A stretch of 64,000 bases of DNA, taken from positions 33,420,001 to 33,484,000 of the forward strand of contig CM059432.1 in NCBI GenBank assembly GCA_030390025.1, given 5' to 3'. Made by a program: the position numbers and the translations under genes. Positions within the stretch are counted from its first letter, which is position 1, and every line of letters begins with the position of its first letter. Below are positions 12,943-23,916 of the stretch, one piece after another. The notes under the pieces were generated by a model. That model made no database searches, had not been told where the DNA came from, and saw only the letters and a list, made by a program, of their open reading frames with translations. The stretch is from Squalus acanthias (Eukaryota).

Positions 12943-13526
12943 TGTTTCTCTCTGCACAGATGCTGCCTGACCTGCTGAGTATTTCCAGCATTTTCTGTTT
13001 TTATTTCAGATTTCAAGCATCTGCAGTATTTTGCTTTAGTATTAGATTCAGAGTAAAGTACCTCAGTAAAAAGAAGCATTTTTGTTCAACATTTAGCATG
13101 CTAATGTCTTATGTCTTCTTCAATTCTGTCATGGCATATAAGGGATAAAAACCAGCTTCAATCACCAACATTATGTCCCACCTTAACCTGATTCAATTGT
13201 TACAGAATAGGACGGTTTCTGTGCCTAAAGTCCAACGAAGGGATAAAGTTATTCAATTCAAATACAAACATTTTTGTGGGAATTATTTAAATTTATGTTT
13301 GATAGGCATTTTTATTTTGAATTTTGACAGACAGTTATTTAAATCTACTCAGGCCCAGCCAGTTTTTTTAAAGGTATTTATCAAACTGTTTTGTTCAATC
13401 GGATAGTTTGTCTTAAACCTTCAAGAGAAATAGACAAACTGCAGCCACCAATATTGAGAAAATGAAAGGAACTGCTAGTTAAGGATATACCGTGTATGGT
13501 AGTTTAGCACAGCAGCCACAAGCTCT

Positions 13527-13957
13527 GACAGCTGATCAGTTCTCTCCTCTCCCACTGCCCCCTACAGCTGATCAATGCTCCTCTCCCACTGCCCCCTACA
13601 GCTGATCAATGCTCCTCTCTCACTCCCCCGACAGCTGATCAATGCTCCTCTCTCACTGCCCCTACAGCTGATCAATGCTCCTCTCACTCCCCCTACAGCT
13701 GATCAATGCTCCTCTCTCACTGCCCCCTACAGCTGATCAATGCTCCTCTCACTGTCCCTACAGCTGATCAATGCTCCTCTCTCACTGCCCCCTACAGCTG
13801 ATCAATGCTCCTCTCACTGCCCCTACAGCTGATCAATGCTCCTCTCTCACTGCCCCCTACAGCTGATCAATGCTCCTCTCTCACTGCCCCTACAGCTGAT
13901 CAATGCTCCTCTCACTGTCCCTACAGCTGATCAATGCTCCTCTCACTGCTCCCTACA
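13527..13957. repeat. Minisatellite, about 30-33-bp unit, about 13 copies
   Basis: ctacagctgatcaatgctcctct(ct)cactgccc(c) repeated. Confidence 0.95.
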
Positions 13958-14159
13958 CCTGTACCTGGAAATACAGGCAGTTTCAGGTAATTAAGGTGAA
14001 GTACAGTGCGGGTGAACCTTGCCTGCCCTAACATCAGGTGCAGGGGCCATCAAAGAATTGGGTACATGACATAGAAATATTTTATGATATGATGCAGCAT
14101 GGAGCCCAGTTCCATCAGACCTATATTTTGGGATTTTGCAGTGGTAGTGCATGAGAAGA

Positions 14160-14510
14160 AGAAATGTGCATTTTGCCTTTTGCATCCCTAGAACACCCCA
14201 AAATGCTTCAAAGCCAACAAATTACTTTAAAACAATGTAGTTACTGTTGTTTTTTGTAGACAAGCATAGCAGCCAAATTGCACCGAGGAAGGTCCCACAA
14301 ACAGTGCCAGAGATAAATGAGCAGTGAAACTGTCTTCAGTAGTGTTGGTTGAGGAATAAATATTGGCCGAGACACATGGAGAACGCCCCTTCTGTTCCTA
14401 CAATAATGCCACTGGATCTTTTACGTTCATACGAACAGGCAGATTTAATGTCTCATACAAACGAAGGCACTTCCGACAATGCACAGTTCCCTCAGTACTG
14501 TATTGAAGAA
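14160..14510 (-). mobile_element. Decayed Deu-domain SINE
   Basis: Reverse complement of the SINE at 38690-39147. Confidence 0.65.
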
Positions 14511-16367
14511 CACGAGCAGCAACATTACAGGAGCACCATCATCTCCTAGTCCCCCTCCAAGTCACATACTATCCTGCCTTGGACTTTTGTTGCCTTAAAT
14601 TCCATATTTAACACCATCATGGGAGCATCACCACCACAAGGACTGCAGAAGTTCAAAAAGAAGGCCTACCACTACTTTCTCAGGGTAAGTGTGGCCTTGC
14701 CAGTATCCCCCACGTTCTGAGAACAAATAAAAGAACTGTAATGCTAACCAAGATTTCGTGGCCAAATCCTGCTGTGGGGGGTTGAACCTACAAACTTCTG
14801 ACTCAGAGGTAAATGCTGCCAAATGAACCAAGCTGACATTGGATGTGTGAAGAAAGTGATCTCAGAAGGGAGTTAACTACGAGGGGGAAAGGAAGTGCAT
14901 CCAAAACTAGAGCTCCCCGGATGACTAAAGAAATTGAGATTAAATTGAAACAGAAAAAGTAGGCTTATGATAAATGCCAGGTTCATAATATAGTAGAGAT
15001 CAAGCAGAATACAGAAAGTGCAGAGGAGATCTAAAAAAGAAAATACGAGGGCAAAGAGAATGAATGAGAAAAGATTGGCAAGTAACATAAAAGGGAATAC
15101 TGAAGTTTCTTATAAACATATAAAAACTAAAAAGATAATCAGAGGAAGGGTGGGGCCGATTAGGGACCAAAAGGAAATCTTCTTGTGGAGGCAGAGGACA
15201 TGGCTGAGGTACTAAATGAATACTTCACATCAGTCTTCACAAAAGAAGACAATGCTGCCAATGTCACATTAAAGGTGGATTCGGTAGAGATATTGGATAG
15301 GATAAAAATAGTTAAAGAAGATGTACTTAAAAGGATGGCAGCGCTCAAAGTAAAAAAGTCACCCAGTCCAGATGGGATGCATCCTAGGTTGCTGAGGGAA
15401 GTAAAGGTGGAAATATTGGAGGCTTTAGCCACAATCATTCAATTCTCCTTGGATGGAGGAGTGGTGCCAGAGGACTGGAAGGTTTCAAATATTACAAGTC
15501 AGTCAGTCTAAAGTCGGTGGTGGGGAAACTTCTGGAGGCCATAATCCGGGACAAAATTAACTTGGAAGAACATAGGTTATTGAATGACAGCCAAAGTGGA
15601 TTTGTTAAAGGCAAACTTGATTGAGTTGTTTGATGAAATAACAGAGGGGGTTGATGAAGGTTGATGTTATGTATATGGACTTTCAAAAGGCTTTTGATAA
15701 AGTGTCACATAATAGACTTGTTGGCAAAATTGAAGCCCATGAGATTGAAGAGGCAGTGGCAGCGTGGATTCAAAATTGGCTAAGTGACAGAAAGCAGAGA
15801 GTAGTGGCGAGCGGTTGTTTTTCAAATTGGATGGAAGTATACAGTGGTGTCCCCCAAGGGTTGGAATTATGATCATTGCTATTTTTGATATATAATGACC
15901 TGGACTTGGATTTTCTACATTACAACAGTGACTACACTGCAAAATACTTCATGGGCTGTAAAGCACTTTGGGACGTCCTGAGGTCGTGAAAGGTGTTAGA
16001 TAAGTTCTTTCTTTCTATAGGGGGCATAATTTTGCAGTCGACCCAACTTGGAATTGTAGTAAACAGCGAGGAGGATAGTAACAGACTTCAAAAAGACAAA
16101 AACAGATTGGTGAAATGGGCAGATGCATGGCAGATGCAATTTAATTCAGAGAAGTGTGAAGTGATGCATTTTGGAAGGTAAAAGAGAGACAATATAAACT
16201 AAATAGTACAATTTTAAATGGGGTGTAGGAACAGAGAGCCCTGGGGGTTCACATACACACGTCTTTGAAGGTGGCAGGAGTTGATCAGGCTGTTAAAAAA
16301 AAGCATACAGGATCCTTGGCTTTATAAATAGAGGCATAGAGTACAAAAGCAAGGAAGTTATGGTAAA

Positions 16368-16983
16368 TAAAAACAGAAAGTGCGGGAAATACTCAGCAGG
16401 TCAGGCAGCATCTGTGGAGAGAGAAACAGAGTTAACGTTTCAGGTCGATGACCCTTCGTCAGAACTGGAAAAAGCTGGAGATGGAACAGGTTTTTAAGCA
16501 AGTGTAGGGACAGTGAAAGGGGGGAGGGGAGGAGAGAACAGAAGGAAAGGTCTGTGATAGGATGGAAGGCAGGAGAGATTAAGAGACAAAAGGGATGATG
16601 GTGCAAGGCAAAAGGAGATGGTAATGGGACAAGTTAAGAAACAAAAGATGGCTCCAGATGAAGTGTAAATGGAGATGGCAGAATGAAAGACAGCTGCCAT
16701 GTGAGAGAGAGAAATAAAAAGGTAGGGGCAGAGGTTATGGTCTGAAATTGTTGAACGCGATGTTGAGTCCAGAAGGCTGTAAAGTGCCCAATCGAAATAT
16801 GAGGTGCTGTTCCTCGAGTTTACGTTGAGCTTCATTGGAACAGTGTAAGAGACCGAGGACGGTGAGGTCTGAGTGGGAGTGGAGTGGAGAATTAAAGTGA
16901 CAGGCGACCGGAAGCTCGGGGTCACCCTTACGGACTGAACGGAGGTGTTCCGCAAAGCGGTCACCCAATATGCGTTTGATCTC
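16368..16983 (-). mobile_element. Penelope-like 3' fragment nested in CR1
   Basis: GDRFAEHLRSV...LEEQHLIFRLGTLQPSGLN; 10-bp TSD tta(t/c)ggtaaa at 16358-16367 and 16984-16993. Confidence 0.9.
16430..16467 (-). ncRNA. Minimal hammerhead ribozyme motif, intact copy
   Basis: Minus strand agtt-CTGACGA-a-gggtc atc gacct-GAAA-C-GTT-aact. Confidence 0.72.
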
Positions 16984-17610
16984 TTACGGTAAACCTTTAT
17001 AAATCACTGGTTAGGCCTCAGCTGGATAGATTGAAGATAATTGGCAAAAAAATCAAGGGGGAGATGAGAAGACATTGTCTTACGCAGCGAGTTGTTATGA
17101 TCTACAATGCACTGCCTGAAAGGGTGGAGGAAGCAGATTCAATAATAACTTTCAAAAGAGAATTGGATATATAATTGAAAAGGAAAAAAAATTGCAGGGC
17201 GATAGGGAAAGAGCAGGGATTTGGATAGCTCTTTCAAAGAGCAGGCACAGGCATGATGAGCCGAATGGCCTCCTTCCGTGCTGTAAGAATCTATGGCCTA
17301 GAAATTGGATATGGCCCGAAAACAGCTGGTGTCATGACCCAGCGCTATTTGGCTGCGCCCGTTCAAAGTGGTCCAAGCAGCACGCAAAATTCGTGCTGCC
17401 TGCTCATTTGCATGAATGCAGTGCTGATCTCAGCGCTAAACGTGCTGGTGATTGGCTTGCCGTTCGAGGTGGGCCAATATTGGGTGCAGTCCAATGGCCA
17501 GTAATGTTTGGCCTAGACGTTCTCCACTAGTTAAAGGGGAGGTGCTTTGATGCAGCAGCACCTCATTGTCATTGGAGGTGGAGTTGGAATTGGAATTGCA
17601 GTTGTAATAC

Positions 17611-19515
17611 ATGGCCGAGCACCAGCAGAGAATACGAACCAGAAGGTTCTCCGATGCGGCTCTGGAGGCTTTGCTCCTGGCCGTGGAGAGGAGGCAGGCT
17701 GTCCTGTTCCCACAGGGTGACAGGAAGCCATCAGCGCATACATCGAGAAGGCTGTGGCAAGAGATAGCTGGATACGTCACGGCCAACAGTGTGGTCCCCA
17801 GAACATGGATCCAGTGCTGCAAGAAGTTTAATGACCTCACACGGCAGGTCAAGATGAGTGAAGACTTCAGCAAATGCTGTATCCCACCATCTGCACCACA
17901 AGCCTCACACACTGCGCAATGCACCACACCCCCATCACTCACCTACCAACAATCTCTAGCTATCACCACTCATACCTCACAATCATAGCTTCACTTCACC
18001 CCTTACACACTTACCACTGCTGCAACACTCACACCCACATCTTACACCTTGCACACACTGACAGCTATTCAACTATGGCAGGCACATCACCCAAACTGCA
18101 CTCACTGACACACTTCCCTTTCTCTTGCCGGCCAAGGTGGCTCACTATCACCGCGAGCAGTGGCAGACGGGAGGCGGCTAAATCGCTTTACAGGCTTGAG
18201 CCAACTGAAGGAGAGTGTGCTCCACATAATTGGAGGGGAAGTCACGGAGGTTGAAGCTCTTGGGGACAATACTGTATGCTCATTCCTAATCCTTCTTCTC
18301 ACATCCCACTTCCCCCTCATCCCACAATCTCTTCTCACTTACAAGCTGCTGATGCTGTATGCATGGTTATCTTGCTTTACCTCACCTCCCCGCACCATAA
18401 CCCGACTCTTGTGCCTTTCTATTTCAGATAACCAAGAACTGCCACCCCCACAGTCTATTCCCGAAGTAATGGAGGAGAGTGGAGATGAAGAAGTAGGCAC
18501 ACCGTCACTGCATCTGCCACTTGCAGACACCAGCTCAGAAACTAGGTACTACACGGAATGTAGAGATTAGTATAGATGCGGGATCTGCACATGGTGAGGC
18601 ACCGGGCACGATTTGGCTGCAGCAAGGCCAGGGGAAGGATAGCCCGGGGGCCAGTTCCCCAGAGGGCGAGTTCATGCATGTGTTCTGCTACACAAGACTC
18701 AGATGATGACCTCGATGGGGCGACCTTCAAAAGAAGGTTGATGGGCATGCACACCGAAATGCAAGGTGCAATGGCAAGCCTGCCAGAGAGCCTCTTGGCA
18801 ATATCAAGGAGCATGGAGGAGTCCGGCTCCAACATTGGACGGGGCTTTGTGCAGAGCTTGGAGCCCATGATTTCCTTCCTGGAAATGATGGACAACTCCA
18901 GGAGAGACCTTGTTGAGCCAGCCATGATGCTGCGTGTGATGGGCGATGTCGCAGCTTCCATTGCAGCACAGGCGGAAAAGACTCAACATCTCAGTGCTGC
19001 AGTGGAAGCGCAGACTGCTCTCCTGCAGGCTCAGCTTGCTACCACGCAAGATCAGACTGCTGCCATCGTGGCTGGATTTACCAGTGTCGAAAGGGGCTTG
19101 CAGGGTCTCGCAGCAGCCCAGCAATTTGTCCTCCAACTGATTGCTAGGGATGCTGAGGAGCTGCCCCGGGGGAGTGGCAGTGGGTCTGTAGAGCAGGAAC
19201 CTGCTGTCCTCTCTCAGGATGACGGCATTCCTATTCTCACCACTGCCACTTTGCCATTGCCCTTGTCGCTGCCTGTCATCCAGCCAGCCCAGACTGCTGC
19301 CGCCCATGCTGAGGTGGTGCAGTCTACAGCCGGGCCTTCTAGGTTCACAGTTGGTTGAGGTCGTCCTGCAAGGCCATCTGAAATCTCCCCCATGGAAACT
19401 CAGCAGCCTTTCGCCAGCCCTGCTGCAGCCACTGGGGGAATACTGTGTAGGAGCACTAGAGTAGGAAAGGTCACACGAACAATAAGCACTAAGGGATTGC
19501 ACAAGGATGATTAGT
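17611..19515 (+). pseudogene. Harbinger Myb/SANT-like gene, 3 exons, broken (copy A)
   Basis: RFSDAALEALL...LWQEIA...RTWIQCCKKFNDL; donor mutated to atgagt at 17854, acceptor ttgccg near 18130; frameshifts in exon 3. Confidence 0.85.
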
Positions 19516-19664
19516 TGATATTGTAATGTAAATTCAATAGTTATAAATTTATTAATTTTGCCCAGGAGGACGCTGTGATATTCCATGACAGAGGGATGGT
19601 ATGATGGGTATGATGGGGATGTGGTTGATGGGGATGTAGTGAACAATGGGATCTGGGGTTTCAT

Positions 19665-20855
19665 TCACTCGAATCGGAGTCTGATGAGGTGTTCATGGAC
19701 AGCCCGTGCGGAAGAGGGATTATCTGCCTGCCCTCTCCCTTCCTCCTCATCCTCCTCCACTTCCTCTTGCTCCTCTTCCTCTTCCTCCTCCTCCTCTCCC
19801 TCATCCTCCTCTCCCTCATCCTCTTTCTGAGGTGGTCCTGCAATCCCTGATGGCAAGGGCTGAGCCCTCATGATGGCCAAGTTGTGGAGCATGCAGCAGA
19901 CCACCACAAAATAGGACACCCTCTCCGCCGAGTACTGGAGGGCTCCTCCTGAGCGGTCAAGGCAGCGGAACCGTTGCTTCAGCAGCCCAATGGTCTGCTT
20001 GATGATGTTCCTGGTGGCATCATGGCTCTCATTATATGAGTGCTGGGCACGAGTGTTGGGAATGCAGAGGGGAATCATGAGCCAGGTGCAGAGTGGATAG
20101 CCCTTATCTCTGAGCAGCCACCCTCGGGTTTGACGTGGTGGCTGGAAAATTGCTGGCACTGGACTGGCGCAGGATCATGACTGCTGCGAGAATAGTGGGC
20201 ATTGACCATCAGATGCACTGGGCCTGGTCACACAACAACTGCACATTAAGCGAGTGGTACCCTTTGCGGTTACGGAAGATCTCAGGATTGTTATGCAGCG
20301 CCCGCAAAGCCACGTGGGTACAGTCAATGTCGCCCTGTACCATGGGGAAGCCTCTATCCTGGCAAAGCCACATGCGCGTTCCTCCTGCTTCTTTCTGCTC
20401 AGAGAGAAGACAATGTAATCCCTTCTCCTGGTGTGGAAAGCCTCTGTGACCTTCCGGATGCAGCAATGGATGGCGAACTGAGAGATGTTCGCTATGTCTC
20501 CTGCTGCAAACTGGAAGGATCCACTGTTGAAGAAATTGAGAGCCACTGTGGTCTTGAGGGCCACTGGGAGAGCTGTGGTCGCCCTGCTCTGAGGCTGGAG
20601 GTCTGGTTGCAGGAGGTGGCAGTGTTCTGTGACCACCGCCTTACTGAAGCGGAGCCTCCTAATACACTGCTCCTCGCTTAAGTGGATATAAGAGAAGTGC
20701 TCTCTGAAGACCCTAGGTGGGTAAGGCCTCCTGTTGACAGCCCTCCTGGCCCTCCTCCTCCTCCCTTTGCGCGCATCGTCTCCTCTTCTTCGCTGCCTCC
20801 GCTCCCTCTCCTGAAGATACACGAGCGCGAGGAGGACTGCAAGTAGAGCCCCCAT
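19665..20855 (-). pseudogene. Harbinger DDE transposase, frameshifted (copy A)
   Basis: GDIDCTHVAL, LLRDKGY, GLLKQRFRCLD, CCMLHN spread over three frames. Confidence 0.92.
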
Positions 20856-23800
20856 GACTGTGAGCAAATGTTGTGAGCAGAAGCCTTTAAGTAAGAATGA
20901 AGGCTTTCTCCATTTGCACCAACACCCTCTGTCACCTTAGGAACTTGAAACAAGTTTAGAAAGTTGCTAGAGTTGCAGAAAGTTACACAGAGCTAGTCAA
21001 ACTGAACAAACATGTCAGCTGCAAGTTGTTGCTGATGATCCCTTTAAATAACGCTGCCAGAGGCTCCTTCCTGCTTGTCAACACTTGGTCAGCTGGCCGT
21101 AATTAACACAGGCCGATAAGTTGAGCAGCGAACTCCAAAATGGCAGATCGGGTGTCAGGTGAGAGTTGCACACTCACTGACGTCACAATCTGCATAATCT
21201 ACATATCCCTAGCAAGCGCGAACATTGGCAGTGCTGCTGCCCAGCCGAAAATGGCGGCCACCGCAGGACCCGCCGGCAGTGGGCAGAACTAAGGCGGCCG
21301 CCATTTTCTTTGCCGAAATGGGCCTCAACGGCCAGTGCTAACACCTCCAATTTTCAGGCCTATGATTCCAACTACTTTCATAAACTGTTATAAAATTATA
21401 AGCGAACTGCACTGAGAGCTAGTAATCGAGGTATTAAAATGCATCATTGGTAGAGCCAGCGTGGCTTAGTTGGTAGCACTCTTGCCTCTAATTCAGAAAA
21501 TGGATGTCCAAACCCTACTCCAGGCTCCCCTGGAGATTTATCTTTAACCTTTACAAGGATGATATCAGAACTGAGAGGGGACAATTTTACAAGGTTGATA
21601 CCAGAGCTGAGTGGGTACAACAATCAGAAAGGACTGAATAGGATGGGGCTCTTTTCTCTCGAAAACAGAAGACTGAGAGGTGACCTGATAGAGGTCTTTA
21701 AAATTCTGAAGGGGTTCAAAAGGGTAGAGAGGATGTTTCCACTTGTGGGGAGTCCATGGGGGAAAAATTGGTGATCGCCAGCAATGCAGTTGGTGTCACA
21801 GCCAACTGCCGATAACGGCCGCCTGAAATGGCCGCAGCGCTAACCTTAACTGCAACGCCATCCTGGTGGCATTGCACGAGGGATCCGGGACCAATTTGCA
21901 GTCCTGGTGCGGCGTTGCTGCTTCCCCGAGTGTCTGTGTGTGAGGCTATGAAGCTCGCAATGCATTGTGGGCAATGAGGAGCTCTGAAATTTAAAGGGGC
22001 CACGCACATTGAAGCAAGACGAAATAAAATGCACTGATTCAGAACATTTTTCAGCCCTTTCTGTCTTCTTACAAATATTCAATATTTAAAAGAAGTTCCA
22101 AATGTCATTATTCAGCTCTTAAAGCTGAATTACCTTCCTAAACTGAACAAATGGGAAAACTGCCTCAGCACTAACACAAATGGCTCAGCAAGTCAGGGAA
22201 GGGGTACCCATTGTCTCGCACGCAGCACTCCAGCTTTGTACAGGGGGTCAACACTATAAGACTGGCCCTCTACCCACAGGGGCCAGGAGGCCCTCCAGAA
22301 AGAACAATGTGCGAGTACATTACCAAGGCCTGTCACTGCCAGCAGTGTCGCCCCCATGACCTGGCTCCAGTGCTCCATGAAACTTCATGAACTCAGACCA
22401 CTGGTCAAGGTCAGTGAATGCATCTTCAAAAGCTGTCATCTACCAACTGCACCACGAGCCTCGCACACTGCTCAATGCAGGAGCCCCCAATCACTCACCT
22501 ACCAACAATCTGCACCAATGACGAGGCACATCTACCATTCCTAGCATCACCTCACCCCCTTGGAGGAGAAAGTGCAGGCTATTCTTGGCAGGGGCATGGC
22601 TGAGCCCTTGGCCAGCGGCGGGGCTGAAAGGATACAAGATGCGGATATCCTCGTACGTTATCCTCCTTCTGGCATGCACCTCTAGGTTTCCCGCCCTCCC
22701 GTCAGCACAACTCCACCCTTGTATCGCCCTCATTTCACACACCCAAGAAATGCAGCCTGCCCAGCCAGTGGGTCAACAAGAAGAGGTCGCCTGCCCAGCC
22801 AGTGGGACCGCAGGCGGATGATGCCATCCCGGATATCCCAGCCACAAAGGGGCTGTCTGGGATGCATCCTTTGTCTGATTCCTCCTCTTCTGCGTCTTGC
22901 TCTTCTGCGTCCTGCTGTTCTGCATCTTCCTCTTCTGCGTCTTCCTCTTCCCTCTGCAAGCAGATGCTGTAAATGTGAAATGACAGCATAAGATGCTGCA
23001 AATACTCAGTTGGTCAGGCAGCATGTCGACCCGAGACGTGAACTCCACGGATGTAGCGTGACCTATTGAGTATTTGCAGCATGTTCTGTCTCTCAAAGGC
23101 ATTCACTTACCGTCCGAGCTCTTGCAAGCCTCCAGCAGCACTCCCAAAACTTTAAAAAAACTTTTCACATATATTACAGCAAGCTATCACTTCAACAAAG
23201 TCCAAAAACCAAGGCCAAACCCTTCCATTCACACTTACCTGATTGACGTGTGTGTCCCTTTAACAGCTACAAATATCGCTCCTGTCAGCGTCTGTCAGCC
23301 TGCTTGCATGCCAGGTTAACCTGGCGTGCTTAGGACCCAGCGCTGAATTGTGCAATAGGGTCGAAGTTCGCGTAGGTGACGTTAAGTCGGCGTTACACGC
23401 TGACTGACATCACCACGCCACCTTTTCTTTTTACAGGGCGCTGCCGGTTAGGGGCCCACGAGTATGGCGGCTGTTGCGGGAACCACCTCCAGCTAGCGCA
23501 AGAGCGGCGGCGCCATTTTTTTGAGAATCGCTGGCACTAATAGGTGGCAGTAAGTATATGGGGTAGAAATTAGGTCGCGCCCCATTTGGGGCGCAAATAT
23601 CGTCCGCGCGCAAATATTAGCGCCTGGCGCTAATTATCGGCACTGACAGGAAACTTCACTTTTACCGCCCCGGGAGGTGAGTGGAGCGCTAAATTAGGCG
23701 CTGCACACCTCTCTTAAGGCGCAAAGGCCTAGGAGTGAGGCGCTACCTCAGCGCACGAGCGCAGCACAGCTGCTGCCAGTTAGCGAGGGAACACAGACAC

Positions 23801-23916
23801 ACTGGCGCCGGACACTTCTTAAAGCGGGGGGGGCCACTTGCTCCCCAGCCACACCCTGCTCATTGCAGCCTTGAATCTCAGCCTGGAGAGACCTGTAATC
23901 CATTTTGCTGCCAAGC

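Larger units (their letters stand above)
10002..13041. mobile_element. Penelope-like element: inverted 3' segment (10002-10725, minus) joined to a plus-strand 3' half (GIY-YIG and terminal repeat), with a nested RTE
   Basis: LVYCIRCS..GLLYIGETKR on both strands; 16-bp TSD ttagattcag(c/a)gtaaa at 9986-10001 and 13042-13057. Confidence 0.9.
14860..17294 (+). mobile_element. CR1 LINE fragment with a nested SINE tail (about 15912-16018) and a nested Penelope-like piece
   Basis: AEVLNEYFTSVFTKED, KSPSPDGMHPRLL, MDFQKAFDKV, CR1 3' tail. Confidence 0.9.
17295..21360. mobile_element. PIF/Harbinger DNA transposon, full-length but decayed (copy A)
   Basis: TIRs ggcctagaaattgg / ccaattttcaggcc, TAT TSD, convergent Myb/SANT and transposase genes. 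Confidence 0.93.

Noticed and set aside
13527..13957. Possible CRISPR array
   Set aside because: Head-to-tail units with no unique spacers
18804..19664. 286-aa minus ORF and similar antisense ORFs (26308-27114, 11987-12406)
   Set aside because: Shadow frames opposite GC-rich transposon coding sequence
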